The notes: generated by a model from the sequence alone, not told the origin. 64,000 bases of DNA from Marsupella aquatica (GCA_973895155.1 OZ316892.1:27490307-27554306); one strand, 5' to 3'; shown: positions 49,171-63,143, counted from the first letter of the stretch. A program made the numbers and translations.

Positions 49171-52100
49171 ACTAATATGTTAGTCTTGGCAAAGTCAGCT
49201 GGGGGAAGGGAAATAACTTTTACTCTTTAATTACTAATCTTTCATTTTAAAAATTTGATATTTACGATCTCATCTATTAATTTATTTGAAATTATAGAGA
49301 ATACTTTTTGGGGCCTTGAAACAGATACGTAGTAATGGCAAGGCCAAGTGGAAAGGGACACTTGTTTGTCAGAATTACAACCTAAAAATATAAGCGAAAT
49401 ACCAGTACTTTATAGCACGAGTCTCAAATGACCACATGATTTTGACATTTAAGGTATTATTTATTTATCCCAAATTATCACGACCCCTGTTTTTTAAAGT
49501 TGGATTGCTAAGAAATAAATTAAAAATGAAAGTAAATAAATGAAATCTATATTTTAGTAGTCTACCTCAAATTGGCACGTGTTGTGGCTTGCATGGTTGC
49601 TGCCACATTTGCAGTTGACTGGGCTTGCACTCTCCTCTTTGAAAAACAATGGTCATTGTAACGTGCAATGAAGCAGTAAAAACTTTCCTCGCACCAATAA
49701 TGTTTTTGCTCACATGACCCCTATTTTTCTCTATTCAACTGCCTAGCTAACAACAACCTAGTTTTGTAACATCTATTTTTGGCTAGCAATCTCTGGAGTC
49801 TTAAGAAAAACACTAAAAATATAAAAGGCAGCAAAAATCAAAAGAAGCTCCCATTAGAAACAGACTTTTGCCATGACAACACTTTAGCAACAATGACATT
49901 ATTTTCCTTGAAAAGCAACAATGACATTTGTGTTCAGCATCTTCGATACTGGCCAACTATGATACTTTCTCCAAAGAAATCACTTTTAACAATAACACTT
50001 CCCATAATGATAAGAGTATCCACTACAATAAGATTTACTGCAATGACAATAGCTCAAAAAATATGACAGTTGCTGTAACCAACCTATGGCAAGTCCTTCT
50101 CTCAGAATGCCCTTTTTTACTGGTAAATGCATTTTTTAAAATTTCCTTTATGGGCACTTCTTCTTTGTAATTTTTCCCATAATCTAGCATCAGGAGACAC
50201 CCTCTTTCATTTCTCCTGGAATTCGTTACTGACAAGTTTCAATCAGTTCCTTAAATTTCTCATTTACCTATTTTGGCTATGAGAGATTTTTTCCGGGACT
50301 TTTTCAGAATGTTTCATGTGTTAAAACTACAAGCACTATGCCTTAGCAAGGCTTTTACCAAGGATCCCTCGTTCCCACATTAGTGTCCTAATCGTTGGGC
50401 TAGATTTTAAAGTTTAGGTATGCATTCACAAGCTCTGGAATAGTTTTGAGCTAGGAAAGCCATCGCCAAAGGTAGAGTAGAATAATAGCCAAGGGTAGGG
50501 TATCGTTGTCTTTAATGCAGGTGTACAGAGGTTTTGAGGACCTACCTAGTGTTACGCTCATCCTTTTAAATAACTGAATTTGGTGTAATCTTCCAAGACA
50601 AGGAGATTGCTTCCGACAACAAACTTACACTTTTCCCTTCCTCCCTAGAAAAGAGAGGGAAATAAAAAAAACTAGCTTGCACTTGGGAATTGAGCCTCGC
50701 TAGTGCTGCACCGATATTCTCTGAAGAATGAATAGAAAGCCTACCTATAAGCTACATACAGCAGACGTGACGTGCAAGAGCATATAGTTGTGAACAAACT
50801 GAACATGGGCAGCAGCGGTTGCGAATGTGGGACCTATACACACCGCCGCAACACTGATGTCGAGAACAGAATCAAAGTCTTGGCCTAAAATTAACAGTGA
50901 TTCTTGCGGCAGCTTCAATTACATACGGTACAAAATGTCAACGCAGTACGTACCCCAATGACAAGGCCAAAAACTATACAGACAGTACGAACGAATACCT
51001 ACAGCAATGCATTTGTACCGAGGGCAGCCGTAGATCGATCGGAAAGCGATTCCTCACCTGCTTTAAGCAAATGTTTGTTTTCGTGGGAGTGCATGGTGAC
51101 ATGTTGTACTCTGAATCATCCTTTCGGAAACACGGGATTAGAAGCTTTAATTACTCACACGAAATTGACACCGTGATTTGTTACATTGAGTTGGCCTTTG
51201 GATGGTATCGAAGGAGAGTATGGGACCTGGAATGCGGCTGCAACGAGCTGCTGAATGGCTAGCCGGCTCTCCAGTCTCCACTTTACTTGCGTCGTAAATT
51301 TTGAACGGGATATGGGGAACATTTTCGGGCCTTGGTGGTATACGGGGATGGGGGTAACGGGGAACGAACGATCGAGATGCTTGTAGACGTGAACCACTGC
51401 TTAACAGTGACGTACGTGTATAGAGGATCGATGGCTCATTCGGATTTCGAGAATACTGGTTTTATTATTAATTATTCCTCACGGGGGATGTGGGAGTCTG
51501 CAATAATCCTGCATCAGGATAGCAAAGCATGGCGTAGCAGTAGGAGTATAGCACACACGACAGACACCCCGGCACCCCGCACACACCATGCCAGGTCGAG
51601 GTATGTGACGCATGATTAGGAATCCTTCTCGAGCGAGTGATTTCAATCATTTGCTGGGTCTTACTGAAGATCGCTCATAAATGTCGATCCTTTTTTAGGG
51701 CCTGCGGCAGTGCGGCACACATCATCACAAATCAGCATCGATCGATCGGAATGGCTGGGCTGGCGCTGGCTGCTGGCTGGAAGGGAGGGCAATCACAGGT
51801 GTACTGTGTACATGCGGACTCCTCGAGTCCTTGCAGCTAGGTAAGTAGCTGCTGCGTCGCTGAGTGAGTGCTGAATTGCTGATGGAGCAGCAGTGCAGCG
51901 CAGTAAGTAAGTTGGAAGTTATGAATACAGTCCAGGTACCATATACTGGCGGCATTTTCTGATGATAGCGTTTGGCATTCCCAATATCCGAAAAATCGTA
52001 CGTACCTCACATTGTTTACTGTTATCCTTGTAGTTGCGCAAACTGTGGTAGGCGATGCGGCGTCGCTGCTTTAATAAAATTAAGCAACGAGATGATGATG

Positions 52101-55100
52101 TGATGGCGATGATGATGAGTGAGTACCTTGGCTTAAAAACTCCCGGCTCTCTCTCGTGAACAAGTCATGGACTATTAACTCCACACCCTGCGTAGTAAGA
52201 GCTTTCCATTCGTTGAACGCGAGTGGTAGGTTAATGTCCTTCATTACATGAAATTACGTTATTGAACCAAATGCAGCAGCAGCTCAGCTCAATCCCCGGA
52301 ATGGTTCGGAGAGCATTATGCTACCTAGATCACAACACACTTTGTGGGCTGGTTTTCCTTGTGGGCGAATAGGTAGCCACCTATGCGCTCTAGCTACTGC
52401 TGGATGTACCGCTACAGTACCCAGGTCGGTGTCCAGAGAGGCCGCGCAGCTTTTGGGCTTCTTGAGAGGCATTTATGACTTCTCCCACTTAGCATAGTTT
52501 ACAACGTTCACGATATTGACGAGGCCGCTGAAACTTGTAAGGAGATTGGGACAGTCGATCATGCAGGATTAGTGGTGCTGGCTGGGGCATCGTCCAGTCC
52601 AGTCTCTCTCTCTGAAGTCATCATGAGTTACTTACCCTCCTCGCCGACGGACGTGTTTTGGCTCGTGAGATGTCGAATTATCATGTCCACATGTACACCC
52701 ACTCTGATCTCATTCATGCCTGGCCGCAGCAGCAGCTCCCTTGCCCAGCCAGGGCTCTCCATCGTCGTTCAACTTGGATAATCATAAGTAGACGGTGCAT
52801 GAGTAAAATATCTTCGACCTCTTCGTCGAAAGAAACTTCAATCAGCTTTTCCTGCCACAATTCCAATCAATCACAGCAACTCACACTTGAGTGAGAGCGT
52901 ATAACGTAGATTCCTCTCGATTACTCCAGCGCAATGAGGACCTGCTGTAAAATATTCTATTTGCTCTCACACAAACACACGCACCCTGCGTGGCTGGACC
53001 ATTGCACTCGATTGTGCCAAGTTTCTCAGCCGTCTGAATCGCGCTGGATATAATGATCAGGTCTTCTGACTTCGGCGGCCTTTCATTGGGGACTGTCTTT
53101 CATGGACATGTCCATCAACCCCCAGTGCGCAATCTCCTGCCACTGTTATGGGCCAGATTACGTGCAAAGCATCCAACGTGATTCAGCCCCCTGTCGATCA
53201 AATTGCTTACAGTAAATTTGACCTCGCGAAATTAATCTCTTCCCATGAGAGCTTTCTTCTACGATATGGGGCCACTCGAATTCCCACTGATAAATATAAT
53301 TGCCTCTCAACTTCGCCAATGATCTCGAGTTCCAAAGTCCACAGATTCAACAGAGCAAAATCTGACAATCGTTCCAGTGAAGAGTCAAAACTTGAGATGG
53401 ACGAGTAAACCTGCTGTGAACACTATAATCCAACATCTCATGCATATTTTCAGAAGTATCACTGTATCAGTCAAGAATTGACATTACGTCAAGAGCTGGT
53501 TTGAGTCGAGTTCAATAATATCTTCAAGCATGAGAATGTATATCAACTTTGTTGGAATCATAATTGAAGCCCTACACGACGTTAGATCAATTAAGCACAA
53601 GTTGTTAGACTATGGCCTTCCAATTCTCCTTGATTCCTTCTGCATTCATCAACAACTCATGCTCCATATTAATTACAACACTTTTATAATATTATGGAGG
53701 AGTTGAATCAGGAGAAACTATGTCAGGTGTTGGCAACGATACCTTTCTAATTTGAGATTGATTATTACACCAGTGAGATACCTGATCATGATCACCCTTC
53801 CAGAATGAGCCTGCTATAATGCTTACACATGATCTGCAAGGGTTTTTTGGTTGGACAAACTACAGTAATAATGTTTGAATTTGCTCAAATGGCTCAGTGT
53901 CTGTTTTCCCAAGAGCTTTCAAATGACCACATACCCCCTAAGGTACATTTTTAATAAAGAGGCGAGGTCCACTACCCTGAGGAATACATACAACTACGCT
54001 CCGAAAAATGGGACACTTACACAGACACACACAACACCACATGCACAAGCTATATGTGAACCCATTTTAATTTGGTAGTAAAATGTTAAGTCTGTTTCCT
54101 CTTATTTTTAAATCCTATTAGTTCTAGCAGGTAGAAACAACACCTAGATCCAAGGCTTCTCACTGACAAATGAGATAATTTGAATCGATCTCTTATTCCC
54201 TGCATTTGACTTGATCACCCTGGTATTATAATAAGGATTGTTGAATACAATAACAAGACCAAAAACACATGGGAAAACACTAATAAGGGGGCCTCTGGGG
54301 CCTAGTAGATTTATTTTAGTAACTGTTCAGCCCACTTGAGCATGAAGTGATTGGGCTTTGCATTAGCAATATTTGCTCTGGTCATTATGCTAAGGATCTA
54401 GACTTCAATGAATACACACAAATTGTTTACTGGTCACCGATCTCCTGTTCTATTCTACAGATGGCTCACACTATAGCTATTGGCAATTTAACTGCACTTT
54501 AAGGAACACCTTAAACGGGAACTGTAATTTTTTAAGAAATCCACCTTCACGACATCCGTAATTGCTGCTTCAAACTGAAAAATACATTGCTTGTTTAGTC
54601 AGAGTGGCGTCATGGCCACTCTATGTTTAAGCATTCATTTCCTGCATTCATTTGTACCCATCTTGCCCGTCAGATTGCTGATGAGATTACCATACTTCAA
54701 CCAGCCAGGTCAATAAATTCATTTATTATCAACCACTGTAAATTAGTTACTGGCTCTAAAGCTGTAAAGTAGTCACTGTCTCTAAAGCACAGCCTGGTGT
54801 TAGTGTTACCGAAATTAGTGTTATGGTATTACTAAAACTGATTTTTGTTTACATTGCTATTAAGAAATGGATGATCTTAAGTCCAAAGTAACTCTAATTA
54901 TTGTTGATTTTTCAAAATAGTTTCCCTCTATTTTCCACACTTGAGACCTCAGTAACACTAATTCATGTGCGCAGAAATAGTGTTAGCACAAAATTAGTGT
55001 GACTAACACTGATTCACAAGTAGACCATGAACATCAACATTCCCGAGGTAATGTTAGTCACACTAATTATGGTAAACAGTGTAGGTTACCATAATTACTT

Positions 55101-56136
55101 AACAAAATGAAAATTAAAAGCTTATTATTTTGTCCTTAGGTTAGGGGAAGAAAGAAGAACAGTCTTCAAAATTCAAGTTTTGGGAAAATCTCTTAGCTTC
55201 AATTGAACTCAGTTGAAGAATAAATTACACTTGGAGAACCCAGGAAATTCAAGAGATCAATTGGTTTCCTTTTTACGGAATCCCATGGGAAGTGCCTTCC
55301 AAAATTCCTGGCTGCACATGCAGCCACATCAGCATGATTAGTCACAAACAAGAACCATTAGTTATGTAAGAAGAACCAAATTTGACTAGTCATGTTTGAG
55401 GCAAGGCAAATAAAAACAATTAAACCTGTAATTGTAAAAACAATGGAAAACTGAAAAGTAACAAATTTTTAAGAAAACAAGGACACGGTATAATAAGGGT
55501 GAACTAACATAATCTTTGGGTGAGTTATGATTGATATATCTGTGTTTTCTTGTAATCTATTTTAATTCTATATTCAATTTACACATTTTTTTAAATAGTG
55601 ACAAGTAGAAAGAAACTCTTTAACTACTCTAACATTAACCAAGGTAACATAAGAAACCCAATAAACTTTTCAACTTCTTTAACATTTACCAAGGGTAACC
55701 TAAGAAACCCTTTGGTTACTATAGATAGAGGAGTAACAAGCAAAGGTAAGAAACACCATAACTACTAAGGGTAAAGAATATTACCAATGGACTCTAAGAC
55801 CTTTCAACTACTATGGAGAAAACAATATTTTGCATGAACTATATGGAATGTTATATATATTGTATAAAAATAGAGGTACTAGGGAAACATTTTGCATGGA
55901 GAGTTACCGTGAGTATTACTGTGAATGTACTCCTATTTAATTGCCTTCAATGAAATATGGCCTAACTACCAATTCACTTCATTTAGAATAAATCCTCCAT
56001 TGAATCATTGTCCTCTCATCTATCTAAGTATTACAATGTAAAACTCTTCGCAGCTCAAAATATTTCAATAAAGCAAGCTTACATAACCAAGGGATCCTTG
56101 AACTAATTAATATTTCCCTAAGTAGATTTTAAACCA

Positions 56137-56417
56137 GGGGTCTCATTTTTGCAAAAACATGGTATATACAACAAAACATAGAATCTTTTTATTAGTTGTA
56201 AGACTGAGAAGAATTACAAATTTCTGTTGAAAAAACTTAAGGTTTTTAAAATTAATCCAATTTTGAGGCTAACTTGTAAGGAAGCTGGATGAGATTTTGA
56301 AGACCACATTTTGAAGACCACGTGGTAAAAGAATTTTCAAGAAAATTCTTAAGTTTTTGGGTGTATTTGACCTAAAATGTCACAGGGGGTGTGGGAGACT
56401 CCCTAAAATGAGACCCC
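56137..56417. mobile_element. Putative ~280 bp MITE-like element
   Basis: 13 bp perfect inverted repeat ggggtctcatttt / aaaatgagacccc around an AT-rich interior. Confidence 0.35.
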
Positions 56418-56832
56418 CTACTTAGGTATAAGCAAGTTAGACCATACTCTTTTTAGAGCCAAAACCAAGGAGGAAAATGTTTTAGAATAAAATAATTAGA
56501 ATTTTTGGATAAAAGACAACAATATGTAAGTACCTTGTTCAATGGATTTAGTGTGAGCAAAGAATTGTGCTATTTCAAAATTAGCCTCTGTAACACTAAT
56601 GTAAGGAGGGATTGAAAACATAGCCTAGTGTAGGTAACTCAAATTGTCTACTTAGACTCCGTATACTCTAGCTATCATCAGGTTCACTTACTGTGCAACG
56701 CATGAAAAACTGATCATTATTCTTCTTTCCAAAATAGAGAGCAATCTTTTAAACAATCTGTGGATTTCACCTATTAGAACCAATGTGAATACTGGTAAAT
56801 CAGTGTTCTATATTAGAATATTAATACCAACA

Positions 56833-57182
56833 TTATTTTTCTTTCCTTTTTGTCTTGAACTCAAGTGAGGAAGAAACACAATGTCTCCCCACACTAGTAG
56901 TGACCTACATTCATTGTAGGGAACCCATTTCAGGGTGAGCCCCACTGATTTGACACTGACTAGCTTGCACCAGGAGGGTGAGAGTATTAAATCAAGGCCA
57001 CAGAAACAACCACTCAGGTTCTGAGGAGATAATAGATCAGACCTATCATCCATTACTAACCCACAATTCCATCCCACCCACATACATATACCCTCCACAC
57101 CCTAGGTTTGTGTGAAAGGGGGATTGAACCTGGGGACTCTCAATTCCAGGCTAATCCCATAGCCAACTCACCTAAGTAAGCC
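56833..57182 (-). mobile_element. tRNA-derived SINE-like element
   Basis: The minus strand begins GGCTTACTTAGGTGAGTTGG (A box) and contains GGTTCAATCCC (B box) at tRNA spacing, without a cloverleaf. About 270 bp of body and an A-rich tail near 56835-56850 follow. No TSD was identified. Confidence 0.5.
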
Positions 57183-57698
57183 AGTTGGTGTATTATAATT
57201 CTTTTCAAAGCTCCACCAACACTACCCTATAATTTTCGAAAATGAATGCTGCATGGACTCTAGAATGGACTGAAAATGCTCGATCAGAACATGCAACAAA
57301 GCTGGTTAACTTTTCTAGCTTCGCGACAAACCATAGCTCTTAACAAAATCTATGTTCTAGAAGGACAAAAGAGAACTCTGATAGTACCTTGTAAACTTTT
57401 GATTCAAATTAAAGTCTTGATCTGTAAATAGTGTCCATACCATGTAAACCTGTTTTAGTTACTTTTACCCAGACAGTGTTTAGTAGCATCAGCAGCTGGT
57501 GGTTTGATGTCTACGTGGCCTTGAACTTGAAAGAAAGCAGATCATCATGTCATTACTCAAGACTGCCCGTGTTATCTGATTTTCAGTTGACCCATTTGTG
57601 AGTGTTAAGTGAAGTCATGATTTATAACAATTGACCATTTTTGTGCTCATTAATTGGAAATGGAGAAAATGATCGGACTCACAAAAGTCTCAAACTTT

Positions 57699-58363
57699 GT
57701 CAGGTAACAAATCTATATAAACTCATTACTTAGTATGTGTGTCTGCTTATAAAATACTTATAAACCCTAAACTTATAAATTTTGAGGCTGCTATATGGTG
57801 AGTCCACCTTTCATACTTTGTCTCATTCAAAATTTTTGTCAAGTATTTTTATTTTAATGTGCCTTAACAAGGTAAATCATTTGTATTAATTTAATTTTGA
57901 ATTAACTTTAGGACCCCTCTTAATTATAGTGAACTTAGAGTATTTTGAATGTATTTGGCTCCCTTCATCAAGGTCTAATCTTTCCTTTCCAATCACTCCT
58001 TAGTGAATTCTTTTTTTTCTCATGAGAGTGTAAGAAATGAATTTGAACAATGTACACATCTGGTGTACTAAGTTCCCCTCATGGTTTATTTTGCAAAATT
58101 TATGGTTTTAATGGAGTTGAATGTCATTAACTAGAAGCAAGTGAAAATCTGTATTGTATGTGCAGAACTCAACTCTTTAGTACCTTTGTACTTTCTTTGT
58201 CATAATGTGATAAATTGTATGTGATATATTTTACATGTACCTACTTAACTAAATTACATATCACTACAAGACAAAAAAAAAGACATGTTCCAGGATGAAC
58301 ATGCTATATCAGGTAACAAATCTATATAAACTCATTACTTAGTATGTGTGTCTGCTTATAAAA
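57699..58363. repeat. Exact ~54 bp direct repeat bracketing a ~555 bp AT-rich segment
   Basis: tcaggtaacaaatctatataaactcattacttagtatgtgtgtctgcttataaaa at ~57700-57754 and ~58309-58363. Confidence 0.88.
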
Positions 58364-61300
58364 AACTTTGATACTCCAATTTGGTTTCCATGCAAATCTT
58401 TAGTTTCATGCTGGTTTTGACATGTGAGCACCACTTCTTGTCAAGAAAGAGTCAGTAGTCATACCTGGCTGAGCAAGTTTGCAGAAAGATTCTACTTTTA
58501 CAACTATTGTAAAATTTGCGCTAAAACAATCACGACCTTTGCAGACAGGTCCTATAGATTGGACATAAGTTAAAGTATGGGGAACATTGGAGCTTAATAA
58601 ACACACATCCAAAACTCCTCCAAATAAATGAATAAATGGACATGTCTTAATTTGAAATTCGAAGGTGCAATTTTGGTCACGAAATAATAGTTGCCAACTT
58701 GACAACCTTGTCCAGAAAGTTGTCACATCTGATTTGAAAATGCTGCCACTATATACTAGTGAAGCTGACAATGCTTTCAATTGGGCTGAGATTATAGCTT
58801 CAACAGAAATAAACATCATTCTTCTCCTGGACCAGGCAACATTGTTTTGTTCAGATGACATTACATTGAGCAGAATCAGCAGAGGGAAGTTCAGAAAGTC
58901 TTGAGACATAATCCAGACGGTTGTTAAGTCATTAACTGCTTCTTTTTGACAGATATGTCAGTTTTGGATTTTGTCCAAAATGCAGCTGGTCCCATTAGTT
59001 TTCTTTTTGGTGTAAGCTAGCTAATAGCTTAATGCAGCCCATGGGGATTGTCAATCATAGTCTTGGTCCATCCGAGCTGCAGTTTCAAAAAACTTTCCAT
59101 ACACAGGAAAATTCTACAACAAAATATTTTGTTCCTTAACCTCACACTTATTATGATTGTGAAATTTCAAAGATGAAGACTTTGCTCAAAGGAATCGGGT
59201 ACGGTGATGCTAACCTTGGCTTGCACATGAGCAAAGCCTGGCCAACGTTTGAGGGAAAAAATTTACTCCCAGATTCATGATCCATAACTAAGTTAAGGTC
59301 CATCAAATTTTGAGATTTGAGACCCCTTATTATATACAATCAACAACTGATGTCGCTGCAAACATATATGTGCATTCAGTTGCCATAATTAAAAGGTTAT
59401 GAGCAACAGAAAACTAAATAAGGAATATGGGCTGAAAGGAAAGGAAAGGGGAAAGAAAGTTACAAGAAGCGGGTAACATGGATTCTGAAATTAAAGTTTA
59501 ATTTGGGCTGATCTACCTCACTGTGCTTTGGACATGATAAAGCTTGCTCCCCAATAAGGTTCTGCCCTACTAATAAGTGTCTTCACTCAAAAAATAATAG
59601 GCCCTGAACCTATTTTTTAGCCCATGAAAGCCCTTCATTAGTTAGACATGAAATTCAACATTCATAAGAGAAATTGGTAGACAGTAATCACTTACTTAAA
59701 TTCGTAGTATACTAAGGCCAGATTTGCACTTAAATATGTAGTATATACTAAACCCAGATAGATGCACTGGCTGCTTGCCAATATCGTCGAGGAAGAGCTT
59801 GGTTATATGAACAAAGATGCTAGATAGTATTGGAGACGACCGTCGTTGAAATTGCTGATATATATGGTTCCTGAAGAGATGCTTCTAAGACCAAAATAAT
59901 GATAATCTTCTTTGGCAACTTCGAAGTTTATTCTCAACTTCTTATTAGGCCATGTCCACGAAATTGTCTCTAGTAATGTTTTCTCTCGATCCACATCTGT
60001 TGTTCACTCGAGAAATTCATGGCTTCAGAAGAGTCGATCCAAACTCATTGGTTGACAATGTAGCGGCGATGGAATCAAGTGTGGAGCCCAAAGAAGCTTG
60101 GGGAAGTTTATGAGATCGAATACCTCCTGAGAAACTGACTAAATTCTAACGTGTTTGAGAGAGGTACCACTGTTAGTTGATTGAATATCCTCTTTCACTG
60201 ATTAAAATAAATATCCATAGAGAGGAGTATTGATCAGAGTAGGAAATTGGAATTAATCCTGTCCTGTGTACTTAGAACAAAGTTCAAAATTAACAAACGG
60301 CAGTACGATATCGATCCGATCGATCACATCACGATTACTAATGGGACAGAACCACCAACGTTCGATCAACTCTCTAGACTTTGAGCTTGGTTCTAAAGAC
60401 GCGGATAGCAAAAGTTCGAGTTACTCAATGATAGAATGATGTCAATTAAGGGAAAGGAGTAGGACTGCCAGTGCTGTAGCTTCAGTTTTACAGAGCACTC
60501 AACGTTGAGAGCTGATTACCTGTCACAGATGACTGAAGTCTCTCGAAGAAAATGAAGTCAAATTAGCTAGAGCATGAATGAGCCGTCCCATACAATAGCG
60601 TACTTACTCATGATCAGTATTCTGACTCTATTTTGATATTTTGATAGGGCTCCAGTCTATTTTTATAGCGGAGTACTCATGAACACTTACGGGTTGATTA
60701 TGATTTCAACAACAGCGTTGGAAGGTACATTGGAAACCAACATTTACCTTCCGTTTGTTTTCCCCTCGAGAGATTTAGAAAAAAAAAAAAAAAAAACTTG
60801 TTCCGGCAAAGGTCACTTGATATCTGGGAAAGGTACATGGAAAAAACAAATTGAATTTTGAAATTCATTTCTGCATGGTGGCATTCTCATCATAACTAGT
60901 TGTGAGAATATACTCTATCACACTATTGAACTCCACACTTGTTGATTATTATTTGGTACTAGATCGCTAGCTTAAGACAACGTTCGCAGCGTGGAAACTG
61001 AACTTCAAATTTGAGTTTCTTTCCTGAAACGCCTCCTGTAGCCGCCAGTTATTTGATGTGAAGGTGAAAGCACGTCAGAGCTAATGTCTAGCCCTAGGCT
61101 TGAGCTATTGATCTGAAGACGGCTGTTACCCCGGCTGTTATCTGCCCATTTCGATTAGCTCATCCCTTTAGACAATTATGTTTACTGCATATATTTTCTC
61201 TACAAACACCTATAGGTAAAGTAACCCTTAATCCTGTCATAGTTGGGCTCAGCTCGAGTAATATATGATTACATATCAATTAATCTTTGAATTGATCTGT

Positions 61301-61714
61301 AAGAGACATGAATATTTGTATTTGAGTAAGGAAATAGGAAGAATCTATACCTCCAGCTCTCCAACGAAATGATTCTCAATCCCTGTTGACTTAGACTGAA
61401 AGAAAATCAATATAGACTGAGGGCGTCTGCCATATTTTGCAACGAGACGAAAGTGACCTTCCCCGGTGATATGCCATTCTCGAGAGATGGTTGGAGAGTT
61501 CTACCTAGAAACTAAATATTGGTCGGGCGACCATTTCCAATGTACATTCGAGCTAGGACCTCATAACGATAATCAACTTTTAACAGACTAGCCCCTAGAT
61601 TATCATTAGAACTTTGGTACAAGAACGTTAGCCAGATTGATGCTCTGATTTGACGTCATGCACCTCCTCCCTTCTTCAGTCCTTGACGGCAGGCGATTGG
61701 CGCCCAATGCTAGG

Positions 61715-61800
61715 TTCACTCCCGGCCTCACTACGGCATTCCGACACCGATGCTAATTTCACTCCTACCTTCACTCCCGGCTTCACTACGGCATTCCGAC
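61715..61800. repeat. Duplicated ~31 bp motif upstream of the 192-aa ORF
   Basis: ttcactcccggc.tcactacggcattccgac occurs twice, just before a TATA-like ccttatatc. Confidence 0.75.
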
Positions 61801-62564
61801 TACTCTGACTCCCCCTTATATCTATTTGTAGAGTGAGGCAGACTCACAATTATGCGTGCTACCCTGTACACTGAAGTCATCTGATTCAGGTTTGTTAGAA
61901 CGAAGTTACTTGTTATTTGCTCCCAGTTGTCGTGGTCAGGAAGCTATCATTTAAGGAATGGTGGTTGTTTGTGTTTTCAAGAACGTTCCACCAGTAAAAC
62001 ACTTCATTTCTGCCTCGATTTCTGCCTACTGAGAGAAAGTTTATATTGTTGTCTAGAAACTGTGAGCCGAGTTCTTGTGATTCAGAGCCACTCACCTCAT
62101 GATTAATGTGTGGGCTTTTTCTACCAGCGAGGAAACTGCCGGGTCTCGTCGCATTGGCGAAAATCAAGGTATCAGAATAATAATCTAGCTGCAATCTCAG
62201 CGCTCTATTAATTTGAATGCACGCCTAGCTGCTGAAGTCTTGAAATTAGCGAGGATTGCAACGAGTTGGACTAGTCGACAACTCTGACTTCATCTCCTTA
62301 CCTCCCTAGAGTTTTTCATTGATACTTACAATAGCTAGACGAGCTTCGCTGCAGTTAAAATTAATTTTCGATAGAGAGTATACCTGTTGAGGTTCCCGAG
62401 CTAGTAAGGTTTCACTCTCAGTTCTTATCCTTGTACGATAGTCTGACCGGTATCTGAAGGCCAAAAATCAACATTTGGTTTAGCAGTTGTGTGGGTCGGC
62501 TAGGGTGGGGCTTAATATCTCATCTCTCGATCCTGTAGTGATCATATAGCTAACGAGCCTATAG

Positions 62565-63143
62565 ATGGATCACAACATGGATGCTGTGGAGAAGATTAGA
62601 CTCTCAGCTAGGGAGATTGTTGGCTACAAGGAAGGAGCCATTTGGTCGTCTCCAATTGGATTCATCCCTGGTCCTCATCAGATCATCATGGGCTCTCTGT
62701 TAACATGGCTCTGCGCAGCTTTGTGCCGAATCTGGGAAGTTCCAAACAATTTCAAGAAGGCCCTGGAGCAGAACCTGGTCTCCCAGGAAGCGTACAGCAA
62801 GCAGTTCAAACAGTTCCTGGAGAAGTTAGCAGGCGCAGGCAACGTGGGACCTGCAGACTCCATGATGGATATAGTGTCATTGGGAGTGATGGTCACTGGA
62901 GCTATTCTATACGTTAAAGCTGCGTATGACTCCCGAAGGTGGGACGCGAACAGATCAGAGAAGGACTATGAGCAACTGATCAAAGAGTTTGTCGATCTCC
63001 ATGGGCCTGATCTGAAACAAACTGTTCGCGAGAGTCACTCAATCGCGGATGTTCTCAACCCTGAGACGGATAGAGACCAAGTCAACAAACAGCTTGTAGA
63101 GTATTTTGATAGAGTTAGTGCTCAGCATCGTGCCCGTGACTAA
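62565..63143 (+). CDS. Uncharacterised 192-aa protein, intronless CDS, two hydrophobic segments, weak DUF697-like pattern
   Basis: Clean ATG-TAA ORF with protein-like composition in a CpG-retaining region. A splice acceptor-like ctctcgatcctgtag lies about 27 nt upstream (possible 5' UTR intron). GAIWSSPIGFIPGPHQIIMGSLLTWLCAALCRIWEV and VSLGVMVTGAILYVKAAY recall the G.IP.P...Q..M...I..IYG and second Gly/Ala helix of DUF697. The family call is tentative. Confidence 0.7.
   Translation: MDHNMDAVEKIRLSAREIVGYKEGAIWSSPIGFIPGPHQIIMGSLLTWLCAALCRIWEVPNNFKKALEQNLVSQEAYSKQFKQFLEKLAGAGNVGPADSMMDIVSLGVMVTGAILYVKAAYDSRRWDANRSEKDYEQLIKEFVDLHGPDLKQTVRESHSIADVLNPETDRDQVNKQLVEYFDRVSAQHRARD

Noticed and set aside
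46786-52725. TGCCTGGC seeds resembling miR160 (near 46789 and 52717)
   Set aside because: Only 8 nt match. The rest of the mature miR160 sequence and a precursor hairpin are absent.
58406-58909. 167-aa minus-strand ORF
   Set aside because: No recognisable domain and a CpG-depleted, TE-like context. Probably a decayed element or a chance ORF.
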